Numbered from the stretch's first letter, positions 9,348-18,992 are shown. The stretch: 29,947 bases of DNA from a virus (IMGVR_UViG_3300037044_000156:1-29947), one strand, 5' to 3'. Numbers and translations are program-made. Notes: generated by a model from the sequence alone, not told the origin.

Positions 9348-10415
9348 CTATGGGATAGCTGGAGCTTCGCCATTGGCCATGCTGCCATTGGGGGAGTTGT
9401 CTGCCAGATCGAAGATCGTGTGCGTCTGCCGAGTTATGCCGATGCCATAGCTCGCCATCAAGGCGACGAGTTGCTCGCCACTCATAAGGGCAACAGGGAC
9501 GGCGTTGGGACGGGCGGCTTCTGCTCGGGCGCCCGCCGAGAAATCGCTTGTCGTGATGATGAGGCCTTGTTCATGCGTGCCCAGGCTACCGCGGACCTGC
9601 TGCACTACTGGAGCTTGTACGCGATTCGATGGCTTCCACCTCTTCACCTGGACAGCCATTCGCGTGCGGATGACCTCACCGGCGACAAGCGTCCCACGCA
9701 CATCGATGCCGCCATCGTTGCTGCGCTGGGTGACCTCAATGTCCTCGAAGCCGATTTCAGCGAGCAGGTGAGCGATCAGTTCCTCGAATGCTGTGGGATC
9801 CATCGCCAGAAGCTTCTTGTGAAGTCCCTGCCGGACGCGCTTGTTGTGCTGCTCGATCTCGAAAGCCAGCCCTTCGCCCATCCAGCGAGACAGACTGACA
9901 TAGCCTTTGCCATGCCGAACGAAACGCGGTTGCTCGCCACGCTTCTGGTACCTGTGCACCTCGGTGAGAATCTGGGCATACATCGTCGCGTCGGGCGTCT
10001 TGCCCTCAGTCGCGATCCACCTGAGCTCCAGGGCCTTCTGGGTAATGTCGCGGTAGTGCATCGGCTTCTTGCCGCCGCACTTCTCGAGCACCTTTTCAGC
10101 AGCATCGGTGAAAGAGTGCTTGGAGACTGGCTTGGAGGGGGGAACTGGCGGGGACAGGGGAAACAGACTGGGGGAGGAAGCAACCGCAGGTGCCGCATCG
10201 CGCAGACCGAATGTGCCTGGACCGGATCGGACAAACGGAGAACGATCGCCAAGTTTCTTGATGTCAGTGTAAATCAGAGCGGCGACCGTTGCGTCCGGCG
10301 TCTTGCCAGTCGTCTTCCAAAGGCTTTTGTCCAACGCCCGGTGGGCGATCTCTTGAGCTGTCAGAGGCTGACCGGCTTCCTGGAGCACTTGCATGGCGGC
10401 TTGTTTGACGTTCAT
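9348..10415 (-). CDS. mrr: Mrr-family (type IV) restriction endonuclease with two tandem HARE-HTH winged-helix domains
   Basis: Two repeats of AA..VL...G.P....I...AL...W..T.GKTPDAT..A.I.T......RF...G.G, then Mrr catalytic domain FEELIAHLL..IGF...T.RSNDGGIDV.G...VQVKRW...GLIITTSDFS..A. Start MNVKQ chosen at 10415. Confidence 0.85.
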   Translation of the reverse strand: MNVKQAAMQVLQEAGQPLTAQEIAHRALDKSLWKTTGKTPDATVAALIYTDIKKLGDRSPFVRSGPGTFGLRDAAPAVASSPSLFPLSPPVPPSKPVSKHSFTDAAEKVLEKCGGKKPMHYRDITQKALELRWIATEGKTPDATMYAQILTEVHRYQKRGEQPRFVRHGKGYVSLSRWMGEGLAFEIEQHNKRVRQGLHKKLLAMDPTAFEELIAHLLAEIGFEDIEVTQRSNDGGIDVRGTLVAGEVIRTRMAVQVKRWKPSNRVQAPVVQQVRGSLGTHEQGLIITTSDFSAGARAEAARPNAVPVALMSGEQLVALMASYGIGITRQTHTIFDLADNSPNGSMANGEAPAIP

Positions 10416-10530
10416 CCTCGCGACTCCAGATCCATGTCGTCGGAATGCGGCTGGGACGTGCCGCAAGTCCTTTCCGATGACTGTCTACAGGCACCGGAAG
10501 AAGATATGCGCACATCACTGATCGCCGCAC

Positions 10531-10558
10531 AGGATAACGGTGCTAGCAGTTGCGTCAA
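10531..10558 (-). promoter_or_regulatory. Candidate sigma70 promoter for the mrr-like gene
   Basis: Minus strand TTGACG-16 nt-TATCCT about 115 bp upstream of the start. Confidence 0.5.
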
Positions 10559-10691
10559 TGCAGGTCATGACTCGGGCAGTGGGTGTTTGGCAGTCCGTCT
10601 TCTGGATCTACTGTAGCCACAATAAGGAGGCGAAGGCGCCTGCTGATGCCAGGGATGCTAACCCGCGGTCAGCTCGCCGCCAATCGGGACT

Positions 10692-10973
10692 TCATTGCCG
10701 CAGCGCTGGCAAACAGCTGCGAAGGACGGCAGCCCGAGCCTCGAGTTGATCAGCCAGCGCCTGCACATGCTGCCGCGTCGCTGGCGTGAGGCAAGGGGCA
10801 GAGAACGGCAGGACGTGCTGGCCACCGGTCTGAGGGTCGCCGAACTCGACGTCGATCAGATCGCCGCCGCCGGTCCCGGCCTTGCTACGGATGGACTGAA
10901 TCTTGCCGACGACGTTCACAACACGTGTATCGTGCGGGTTCTGCATGATTATAACGAGATCTCCTACACGCAT
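10692..10973 (-). CDS. Small hypothetical protein, possible SH3/KOW-like beta-barrel plus C-terminal helix
   Basis: AAGGAGG RBS before ATG at 10973; MRVGDLV...GKI....DVEF pattern. Confidence 0.65.
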   Translation of the reverse strand: MRVGDLVIIMQNPHDTRVVNVVGKIQSIRSKAGTGGGDLIDVEFGDPQTGGQHVLPFSAPCLTPATRQHVQALADQLEARAAVLRSCLPALRQ

Positions 10974-11094
10974 TGCTGCCTCCTTTGTCTCGTGTAGCGC
11001 TACGGTTCCGAAGGAGCGGCATTTGGGCCGTAAAGTCAAGGCGTTGTGCTACAATAAAATATGGTTGCGCGGCCGATTCGCTCGTGCCCGCAGG

Positions 11095-11751
11095 TCAGGA
11101 GGGAAAGATGTCGCCGAAGGCCAGCCATTCCCAGTACCAATCGGTCCCGCTGCCGTAGCCGGCGAAGTTGCGGATCACCGGGCCGGCGCCGGTGGCCAGG
11201 ATTTGCGTTGTGGGCTCCCGCCAGACGTTGACCGGCTTGCCGGCCAGGAAGCGCGGCTCGAACAGCCAGTACAGCAGGATGTCCCGCAGATGCTCGCCGA
11301 CGTAGACCTCGACATAGCCGCCCGGGGGGCGGTGGTCGATCGGCGGGCCGCCGCCTTCAGGCTCCGGATCATAGAACGTCCAGTCCTGACCCATTGTGTA
11401 CTGGTCGTTCAGCAACCGGCCGCTGCCGGCGTCGTAGACCATGTCGGTGCGGGCGAAGTTCCACCAGGGGTTGAGGCTGCTGGTGCGGTTGACGTTGTCC
11501 CAGAACACCGTCACACGGCCGCCGTCTGCCAGGTCCACGCCGGAGAGGATGCCGCCGGTGTCGGGGCTGCCGGAGATGGTGGCGGGCTGCAGGTGCAGCG
11601 GGCTGGTCGGGCAGATGGTGTAGCGGAACGGGTCGGCGATCCCGCCGGGGCCGGTGTCGTTGACACCGCGGCCGTAGCCGATGATTCCCTGGACGAGCGG
11701 CGTATTGCCGGGGCCGGCGCCGCCGGGCTGTCTGGCATGGAATAACTTCAT
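11095..11751 (-). CDS. Putative tail-tip/tail-fibre-associated protein
   Basis: Last gene of the coupled tail run (ATG just after the previous stop); Trp/Tyr/Gly/Pro-rich beta-type composition. Confidence 0.6.
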   Translation of the reverse strand: MKLFHARQPGGAGPGNTPLVQGIIGYGRGVNDTGPGGIADPFRYTICPTSPLHLQPATISGSPDTGGILSGVDLADGGRVTVFWDNVNRTSSLNPWWNFARTDMVYDAGSGRLLNDQYTMGQDWTFYDPEPEGGGPPIDHRPPGGYVEVYVGEHLRDILLYWLFEPRFLAGKPVNVWREPTTQILATGAGPVIRNFAGYGSGTDWYWEWLAFGDIFPS

Positions 11752-11753
11752 GG

Positions 11754-13451
11754 TCAGCTCACATGGGTAAAGGCGTTCACGTCGGTGCACCAGCCCCACC
11801 AATTGACGGTCGGCGGCAGCTGGCCCGGCGGCAGCGGGTTGGTCAGGTCGACCAGGTCCCGGTCGACACCCTGGCGGACGATCGTGCCGAACAGGCCGAA
11901 GACCCGCGGCAGCAGGACGTTCTTTTCCACCCGGCCGGCAAACAGGCTCAACGTGTAGTCGTCGATGGGCGGGACGATCCAGGCGGCGCCGGCCGGGTCC
12001 TTGACCTCCAGCGTCGTCGGGTTGGGATCGGGGCCGTTCATGCCGCCGGTGAAGGTCACGCAGCCGTTGCCGACGTAGGCGGCCAGGCAGCCGTAGCGGC
12101 CGGCCTGCTGCATGTACTGCCAGAGGATGCCTTCGCCCTCTTTCCAGCAGACCTGCAGTTCGTCGCCCTCGCGGATGCCGTGGTCCCAGGGGTTGTACAT
12201 GCGGACGGTGAAGGCCTCGGCCTCCGTCGCGATCACGGCGTGCGCCACGGCCTGGCGGGCAGAGGGCCCGGCCGGCGGGGCGGCGATCTGCACCGCCGTC
12301 GGCGCCGCCGTGTAGCCCTTGCCCTGGTTGATGATGCGAACGCGCAGCGACCCGTCTTCCAGACCCTCGCCCACCGCGGCAGCGGCCTCGCTGCAGGTGC
12401 CGCCGAAGATCGTCACGGCGACCTGGCTGCCAGGGGTGTAGCCGCCGCCGGGGTCGTCCAGCACGATCTTCGCCAAGCCGTTGTACTTAACGAAGCCGGC
12501 CTGGCCGCAGCCCGCGTCCCAGGGCGTGGTGCAGGCGAAGGCGGACTTCGGCGGCATCAGCCAGACGCGCGTGCCCTCCGGCGGCGGCGTCTCCCCGTCC
12601 TGCAACGTGCTCGGGTCCGACCAGGTCGGCACCGAGATGCTCACCTCCCGGCCACTGACGACCACGTCCAGCGGGCCCAGCGGGCCGCGCAGCGCCTCCT
12701 GGCCGCCGGACACGCCCCGCCAGCAGAGGCGGCAGTCGCCGGAGCCGGACTCGATGTGGTGGTTGGGGCTGTCCATCAGGACGATCGCGCCCACCTTGGC
12801 GTACAGGGTAGCGCTGGTGTTGTCGTACGGATCGGTGATGACGATCTCGGGGATGCACGGGTACTCGGTGGGCGGGTCCTCCAGGGTCACCGTCGGGTGC
12901 GGGTACCAGCCCTGGTTCAGGTAGTAGCTCCCCTTGCGGACCACCTCGATGCGGTCCAGGCCGCCGTAGCCATCCAGGTAGGCGCGGGCGACGGCTGACT
13001 CTCCGCTGTTGCCGCCGTAGGGTCCGATGATTACCCAGGGGGCGGTGCCGTAGCCGCTGCCCGGTGTCAGCACGTCCACCGAGTCCAGCTCCCACCAGCC
13101 GCTGTTGCTGTTCCAGTTCGCTTGGATCGTCGCATCGTCGCCGGTGTGCGGGGCGAAGTTCAGGCCCCAGTCGGTCACCTCCACCGCCTTGATCTTGCCA
13201 TCGACGATGACCGGCTCAGCCACGACGCCCAGGTCCTGGCCATTGAACAGGACGGAGATCACCGGCGGGTCAGCTGGGTCGTAGCTGTTGCCTTCGGCGG
13301 CCACGAAGATGCCCGTGAAGTGGAGCGTCTTGGTGATCTCGCCCTCGAAGCCGTAGAGGTATTCGATGTCCTGCAGGACCATCACGTGCTTGGGGCCGTA
13401 GTCGACGTGGACGGATTTCGCCGGCCGGCTGATGTGTCGGGTGTTCATCAC
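11754..13451 (-). CDS. Putative tail fibre/adsorption protein with repeated hVh.dxGxGY..xP.Vxh modules
   Basis: Repeats such as VDVLTPGSGYGTAPWVII, IVLDDPGGGYTPGSQVAVTI, RIINQGKGYTAAPTAVQI; position after tape measure. Confidence 0.65.
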   Translation of the reverse strand: MMNTRHISRPAKSVHVDYGPKHVMVLQDIEYLYGFEGEITKTLHFTGIFVAAEGNSYDPADPPVISVLFNGQDLGVVAEPVIVDGKIKAVEVTDWGLNFAPHTGDDATIQANWNSNSGWWELDSVDVLTPGSGYGTAPWVIIGPYGGNSGESAVARAYLDGYGGLDRIEVVRKGSYYLNQGWYPHPTVTLEDPPTEYPCIPEIVITDPYDNTSATLYAKVGAIVLMDSPNHHIESGSGDCRLCWRGVSGGQEALRGPLGPLDVVVSGREVSISVPTWSDPSTLQDGETPPPEGTRVWLMPPKSAFACTTPWDAGCGQAGFVKYNGLAKIVLDDPGGGYTPGSQVAVTIFGGTCSEAAAAVGEGLEDGSLRVRIINQGKGYTAAPTAVQIAAPPAGPSARQAVAHAVIATEAEAFTVRMYNPWDHGIREGDELQVCWKEGEGILWQYMQQAGRYGCLAAYVGNGCVTFTGGMNGPDPNPTTLEVKDPAGAAWIVPPIDDYTLSLFAGRVEKNVLLPRVFGLFGTIVRQGVDRDLVDLTNPLPPGQLPPTVNWWGWCTDVNAFTHVS

Positions 13452-14488
13452 TGCCCCCAGTACGGAACGCGGTTGAGGTAGTCCAGCGGCCAGCAGATCC
13501 GCAGGTTGTACTGCGGGTCGCGCATCCGCTCGTGGACGGCGACGTAGGCGCCCAGCTGGATCGGGCCGCCGCCCTTGTCCTGCACGAAGTAGACCGGCTC
13601 GGGGTCATAGCGGTAGACGCTGAAGGTCCACGGCGGGGCGTTCTTGTAGGGGTCCTCCTCCTCCGGGTCGTAGTAGCCGGTCGGGTCCGCCCACGTCGGC
13701 GGCATGCTGGGGCCGCCCCAGCCGTTGTACCAGCCGCCATCGTAGTGGTAGTAGGCGTCGCCGGTGTTGATCTTGTCATCTTCGGGATAGCCGTTGCCCA
13801 GGTGGATCACGCCGCCGGAGACGCCAACGGCCACCACCTGGTGGCGAACGCGGATCTGGTCCGGGTTGGGGTCGTAGCGGGCCGGGTCGTGGGTCTTCCA
13901 GCGGATCAGCAGCTCATCGCCGGGCTCGATGTTGTGCGCGGTCTGCATCGTCATGACCTTGGGGAAGACCCAGCAGCGCGGGCCGCAGCCGCGGTCCCCG
14001 CCGCCGAGGTAGTGCTTCGTGCCGGGCGGCTCGGTGTAGTCGCGGGTCCAGAAGGCCAGCGTCATGCCGGGCGGGTACTGGCAGTTGTAGCCGGCGCCGG
14101 CCTCATCCATCTCGAAGCCCTTGAGGGTGTTCTGCCCGTAGGTCGTGTAGAAGACCGCGTGCGCCCGGGCGCGCTTCTTGGTGGCGGTGTCGTAGCCGGG
14201 GTAGCCGGGCGGCGGGTCGATGGTCACATCGCAGCCGGGCTCGGTGTCATCCGGCAGGCCGAGGTTCTGGTAGATCTCGAAGGCGATCGTGATCCGGGCG
14301 ACGGGGCCCTCGTTGGCCAGGCCGTACATAATCGAGCCGGGCCAGGCTGGCGTGACGCGCAGCCAGCCGGTCTTGTTGACGTTCGGCGGGTCGGGGACCT
14401 GCTGGTTGTTCTCCACCACGCGGTAGATGTTGATGGCGTTGTAGCTGCTGCCGGCGTTGGGGCGGGTGATGATTCGCTGGGTGGTCAT
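13448..14488 (-). CDS. Putative tail fibre/adsorption protein, partial paralog of both neighbours
   Basis: Shares VTI.PPPGYPG with the upstream gene and H.I..GDEL...WK with the downstream gene; ATGA/GTGA overlaps. Confidence 0.6.
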   Translation of the reverse strand: MTTQRIITRPNAGSSYNAINIYRVVENNQQVPDPPNVNKTGWLRVTPAWPGSIMYGLANEGPVARITIAFEIYQNLGLPDDTEPGCDVTIDPPPGYPGYDTATKKRARAHAVFYTTYGQNTLKGFEMDEAGAGYNCQYPPGMTLAFWTRDYTEPPGTKHYLGGGDRGCGPRCWVFPKVMTMQTAHNIEPGDELLIRWKTHDPARYDPNPDQIRVRHQVVAVGVSGGVIHLGNGYPEDDKINTGDAYYHYDGGWYNGWGGPSMPPTWADPTGYYDPEEEDPYKNAPPWTFSVYRYDPEPVYFVQDKGGGPIQLGAYVAVHERMRDPQYNLRICWPLDYLNRVPYWGQ

Positions 14489-15828
14489 GCGACCACCGCC
14501 TTGGCGCTGGCGATCGCCTTGCCTTCACCGGGATAACCGGGCGGCGGGGCGATGGTGACAGCGGGGGCCGTGAAGAAGCCGAAGCCCCGGCCGGTCAGGG
14601 TGAGACTGGCAACCTTGCCGTCGTCATCCACGACGGCCGTGGCGGTGGCCAAGACAGTGCCGGTGTTGGCGATGGTGACCGCCGGCGGGCTGGCCTTGTC
14701 GTAGCCGGCGCCGCCGTCGGTGACGGCCAGGCTGTCGAGCATGCCGACGATCACCGGCTCGAGGATGGCATTGCCGGCGTAGGACAGAGTCGGCGCGGCG
14801 GTGTAATCCAGGCCGCTGTCGAGGACTGTGACGGCGCCGATCCGGTCGCCATCGAGTTTCACCAGGAAGGTCGCCTGGCGCGTGGCGTCGCCGCCGCTGG
14901 CGGTGATCGTCGGGACGACGGCGTAGGCGCTGCCGGGATCGATGATGTGGACGTAGGCCAGGGTGCCGCTGATGACGGCGGCGACCTCCAGGCCCACCAA
15001 GCCCTTCTTCGCCTTCCAGGAGTTCGCCTTGCTGCCGACGGTGTCGCCGGCCTTGACGTTGTCATCGGTCAGCAGCGAGGCATCGCCGAAGTCCAGCAGA
15101 CCCAGCCCCGGCGTCAGGGCTGGGATGGCCTGCGGCACCCACACCAGCTGCGAAAGCGGCAGGTCATCGGCATCCGGCTGGGCCACCAGGTACATGTCGG
15201 CGTGGCGGTTGTAGGAGACGATCCGCGCGAGGCTGTTGGCCGGAATCGCCTCGCTGCAGATGACGGTGCACTCGGGATAGCCGCTGCGGGCCCCGCCGCC
15301 ACCACCCAGGCGGACGATCGCCAGCTTCAGGCCGGTGCCGGCCTGCTTCCAGAGGATCCGCGCGATGCCGCTGCTGGCCGAGACGAGGCTGGCGACGGTG
15401 CCGGCGGCGGGCTCTGCGTGGGTGTCGGCCTCGGCCTTGATGTCCACCCAGCACTGCGTCACGCCCACCAGCATCGCCCGGCCGATCTTGCCGCTCTTGA
15501 CGGGCTCCTGCAGGATGCCGAAGGCATCCGCGTGCGCCGCCGCGGGTGTTACGCCGGCCAGCACGATCCGCTGGCGGAACTCCTGTTCGTTGTCGGCCGG
15601 GTCGATCACGGCGGTGCCAGCGTCCAGCCCGAGCACCTCGAACTGGTAGCAGTCCTGCCCGCTGGCGTTCTTGACCTGCACGATGCCGGTGCTGCGCGAG
15701 TCGGCAGTCTGCGCCGCGCCCTGGCGCAGGCTGCGGCGCTGGTAGTCCCGCGCCGCGTCGACCACGGTGTTCCACGTGTCGGCGGAGATGCGGAGCTTCT
15801 GGCCGGGTGTGACCTTGCGGAGGTTCAT
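14485..15828 (-). CDS. Phage tail-tip protein with C-terminal GxGY-P repeats
   Basis: N-terminal region ends in a GGGGG hinge; four C-terminal repeats (DPGSAYAVVPTIT, DSGLDYTAAPTLS, DGGAGYDKASPPAVT, GRGFGFFTAPAVT). Confidence 0.65.
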   Translation of the reverse strand: MNLRKVTPGQKLRISADTWNTVVDAARDYQRRSLRQGAAQTADSRSTGIVQVKNASGQDCYQFEVLGLDAGTAVIDPADNEQEFRQRIVLAGVTPAAAHADAFGILQEPVKSGKIGRAMLVGVTQCWVDIKAEADTHAEPAAGTVASLVSASSGIARILWKQAGTGLKLAIVRLGGGGGARSGYPECTVICSEAIPANSLARIVSYNRHADMYLVAQPDADDLPLSQLVWVPQAIPALTPGLGLLDFGDASLLTDDNVKAGDTVGSKANSWKAKKGLVGLEVAAVISGTLAYVHIIDPGSAYAVVPTITASGGDATRQATFLVKLDGDRIGAVTVLDSGLDYTAAPTLSYAGNAILEPVIVGMLDSLAVTDGGAGYDKASPPAVTIANTGTVLATATAVVDDDGKVASLTLTGRGFGFFTAPAVTIAPPPGYPGEGKAIASAKAVVA

Positions 15829-16619
15829 CAGATCCTCAACGTGGAGAAGTCGCCGGACTCGTAGACCCGCTCGACGTAGACCGCCACGGGCCGCTTGACG
15901 ATGCTGGCCGAGTCGGTGTCCTCGTGGTCGGCGTAGCGGACCCAGAGGTAGTCCCAGCCTCGCTTAGTGATGTCCGTGATGCCGCCGAGGGTGATGTCGC
16001 TGACGTTCGGGCTGGCGGCGAAGCGGTAGTTGAACTCCCAGTGCTCGCGGATCCGCTTGTTGCCGCTGCTCCCCAGGAATAGCAGCTCCGCCGGCTCGAA
16101 GTTCATCACGACGTTATCGACGGTCAGAGTGTAGGCGGCGTTGTTGGTCTTGCCGGTCAGGTTGTACAGGGTCTGCACGTAATCGGCCGGTACGTCCTCC
16201 ACGGGCTCAACCTTGGTGACTGTGAACGAGAAGACGGGCACGGTGATGTCGGTGCCGTCGACGCTGTCGCGGGAGACGCCGACGGCGCCCTGGAAGTCCG
16301 GAGCCGTGGCCGGGTACTTGCCCAGCGTCTGCAGTGACTGGGTGATGTGCTGGCTGCCACCGGTGGTGTCGAAGGTGAAGACATCGTCCAGCACGCTGTA
16401 CTGGACGCGGACCTCCCAGAGGTCCTCGCCGATCTGCTCGATCGTCGGCGGCTTGCGGCGCAGGGCGTTGGTCACGCCGCCATACAGCGGTGCCACAGTG
16501 TAGGCCGCGTTCAGCGCGAGCGTCTCGTCCGTGGTTCCGCGGACGGTGTAGAGCCGCTCCTGGCTGGTGACACCATCACCGCTGCGACTGCCGAACTTCT
16601 CTTCGACTTCGATGGGCAT
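15828..16619 (-). CDS. Phage tail protein (distal tail/hub-like position)
   Basis: Directly after tape measure; 263 aa, beta-rich; GGAG RBS. Confidence 0.65.
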   Translation of the reverse strand: MPIEVEEKFGSRSGDGVTSQERLYTVRGTTDETLALNAAYTVAPLYGGVTNALRRKPPTIEQIGEDLWEVRVQYSVLDDVFTFDTTGGSQHITQSLQTLGKYPATAPDFQGAVGVSRDSVDGTDITVPVFSFTVTKVEPVEDVPADYVQTLYNLTGKTNNAAYTLTVDNVVMNFEPAELLFLGSSGNKRIREHWEFNYRFAASPNVSDITLGGITDITKRGWDYLWVRYADHEDTDSASIVKRPVAVYVERVYESGDFSTLRI

Positions 16620-16631
16620 GGGTACTCCAGG

Positions 16632-18992
16632 CTATTCGAACGTCAGTCCGTCGCTGCGGCGGGCCATGTCGACAAGCGTCTTGGTCTGCCGGGCCGTCTC
16701 TTCCGTGGCCTTGGCGATCCGGCTGGCGGCGTCCCCGGCCTCCAGGCCGCGCAGGGCCGCCGAGTTGAACGTGCCTTTAACCCCGATCGTGCGGGCCGAG
16801 GTGTCCAGGCCCGACAGCGCCTCCTCGACCTGCTTCTTGAGCTTGCCGAGCACGCCCTCGGGTGCGGTAGGGCCGGCTACATCATTGTTCTTTTGCGTCC
16901 GCTTGCTGCGGGCGGCCTGGATGGCCGACTGGAAGTCCGCCTTCGCCCGGTCCAGGTCCGTCTGCAGGGCCGCGATGTCGCTCTGGCGCTGCTGGTCCAG
17001 GGCCTTGGCCACGCCCTCGTAGTCCTGGCCGATCGATGCCAGCCGGGCGTCCCGCTCGGCGTTGATGCGATCCAGCTCCGCCTGCTGCGTAGCGTTGATC
17101 TGCTCGAGCCGCTGGGCTTCGTCCCGGCTGGTCTTGCTCAGCATCGCCTCGGTCTGCTGCGGCAATTGCTGCTGCGCCTGGCGGTAGCGCTCCGCCTCCT
17201 GCGGCGAGGCGGCCATGGACTCCTGGATCTTCAGCCACCAGCCGGCCAGCATGCTGCCGGTCCGCGTCGTGGCCCGCTCGAACTGGGCGCTGAACCGCGC
17301 CCAGGCCGTCTGCAGAAACCCCACCGTCTTGGCCCACGCCGTCCGCATCCAGGAGGTGAAGATCGTCCAGGCGGCCGCGGCGCCGTCGATGGCGCCCTGG
17401 ATCGTCTTGAGCAGGAACGTCTTGACGGCCAGCCAGCCCTGCATGACCCAGGCATAGCCCTTCTGGAACTCCATCTTCAGCCCGGCCCACAGGACCCGGG
17501 CCGCCAGGGCAATATCCCCGGCCGCCAGGGCATCGGCGATCCCCTCGTACGCCGCCAAGGCGTCCTGCTTCAGCGAGCCGAACCGCTCCGCGAGCCAGCC
17601 CAGCGCCTTGCCGCCCAGGCCGCTGGTGTACAGCATCACACCACCCACGCCGACCAGTGCCGCCGTCACCAGGGCTACCGGTGACAGCAGCGCCGTGAAT
17701 ACTGACACCGCCGCGCCCAAGAGCCCGCCCAGCATCCGGATCGGGAGCAGCACGCCGCCGATGCCGGCCGCTAGCCCCTTGATCACCAGGCCCAGCCCCA
17801 GCAGCGCGACGCCCGCCGCCCCGAAGATCAGGATCCCCTTGGCGATCGACACCACCAGCGACTGGTTGCGGTCGATCAGCCACGCGACCTGCCGGGCAAA
17901 GCTGGTCAGCCCGCCGGCCGCCTTGCGGATCTCGCCGGTCAGGGCCTCGCCGAAGGCGATCTGCACCGACTCGACTGCAGACAGCAGCTGCCGCATGGAA
18001 CCGCCGAGCGTGTTCTCCATGGTGGCGGCCATCTCCGCGGCCGCGCCCTGCGACTTCAGGAGCTTCTCGTGCAGACTGTCCAGGTCGCCCGTCTGTTCAC
18101 TGAGCTTCAGCGCGGACTTCTTCGCCCGCTCGAACAGGTCGTCGTAGAAGGACAGCCGCTTCGATTGGCTCATCCCGGCCGTCGCGCGGCCCAGGTCCTT
18201 CATCACCTCATTGAGCGGCCGGATGTTGCCGGCGGCATCGGCGGCCTGCACGCCGATGGCGGCCAGCTTCTCCTGCACAGCTGTCTGGGCGATGTTGGTC
18301 AGGATGCGGGCCAGGTCGGTCCCGGCCATCGTCGCCTTGATGCCGTTGTTGCCCAGCACACCGATTGCCGCGGCCGTCATCTCCAGCGACTGGCCCGCCG
18401 TCGACGCGATGGGCGCGGCGTACTTCAGCGATTCGCCCATCATCTCGATGTTGGTATTGGCGCTGGCCTGCGTCTTGGCCATGACATCCGAGATCCGCCC
18501 AATCTGGTCGGCCGCCAGGCCGAACGCAGAACCGACGTCGGAGGCGATGTCGGCGGCCATGCCGAGATCCACCGCGCCGGCCCGCGCCAGGTTCAGTACG
18601 CCGGGGATGCCAGCCAGGATCTCCCTGGTCTCAAAGCCCGCCATGCCCAGGTACTTCATGCCCTCGGCCACCTGAGAGGCGGTGAACGACGTGGTGGCGC
18701 CGAGCTGCTTGGCGGTCTCGTACAGGGACTGGAACTCCGCCTGGGCAGCCCCGGTGACCGCCTGGACCTTGGCCATCTCGTCCTGGAAGCCGGCGAAGGT
18801 CTTGAGGCTCAGGGCCGCCGGCATCGCCACGGCGGCCGTCATGCCCGCCATGCGCAGGCCGATGCCCTGGATGCGCGACCCGAAGGCGCGGACGCTTTGC
18901 TCCGCGCGCTTCAGGCCGCGCACCAGGCGGCTGTTGTCCGTGAAGAGCTCCACGAACGCCCGGCCGGCTCGGATGCCCTGTACGCTGCTCAT
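16632..18992 (-). CDS. Phage tail tape measure protein, TP901 family
   Basis: LGATTSFTASQVAEGMKYLGMAGF...ANTNIEMMGESLKYAAP...GIKATMAGT core, Ala-rich helices, hydrophobic middle segment. Confidence 0.95.
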   Translation of the reverse strand: MSSVQGIRAGRAFVELFTDNSRLVRGLKRAEQSVRAFGSRIQGIGLRMAGMTAAVAMPAALSLKTFAGFQDEMAKVQAVTGAAQAEFQSLYETAKQLGATTSFTASQVAEGMKYLGMAGFETREILAGIPGVLNLARAGAVDLGMAADIASDVGSAFGLAADQIGRISDVMAKTQASANTNIEMMGESLKYAAPIASTAGQSLEMTAAAIGVLGNNGIKATMAGTDLARILTNIAQTAVQEKLAAIGVQAADAAGNIRPLNEVMKDLGRATAGMSQSKRLSFYDDLFERAKKSALKLSEQTGDLDSLHEKLLKSQGAAAEMAATMENTLGGSMRQLLSAVESVQIAFGEALTGEIRKAAGGLTSFARQVAWLIDRNQSLVVSIAKGILIFGAAGVALLGLGLVIKGLAAGIGGVLLPIRMLGGLLGAAVSVFTALLSPVALVTAALVGVGGVMLYTSGLGGKALGWLAERFGSLKQDALAAYEGIADALAAGDIALAARVLWAGLKMEFQKGYAWVMQGWLAVKTFLLKTIQGAIDGAAAAWTIFTSWMRTAWAKTVGFLQTAWARFSAQFERATTRTGSMLAGWWLKIQESMAASPQEAERYRQAQQQLPQQTEAMLSKTSRDEAQRLEQINATQQAELDRINAERDARLASIGQDYEGVAKALDQQRQSDIAALQTDLDRAKADFQSAIQAARSKRTQKNNDVAGPTAPEGVLGKLKKQVEEALSGLDTSARTIGVKGTFNSAALRGLEAGDAASRIAKATEETARQTKTLVDMARRSDGLTFE

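Noticed and set aside
8462-9348. Integron attC cassette around the HNH gene
   Set aside because: No RYYYAAC...GTTRRRY core pair or long imperfect hairpin found.
9306-10616. 436-aa plus-strand ORF
   Set aside because: Antisense to the clearly recognisable HARE-HTH/Mrr gene.
10623-10789. Perfect plus-strand TAAGGAGG with a short downstream ORF
   Set aside because: Nearest ATG is about 15 nt away and the ORF runs antisense into the better supported 10692-10973 gene.
11095-15828. Possible diversity-generating retroelement or invertible shufflon acting on tail genes
   Set aside because: No reverse transcriptase, invertase, adenine-variant template/variable repeat pair or repeated crossover sites seen; similarity is at protein level only.
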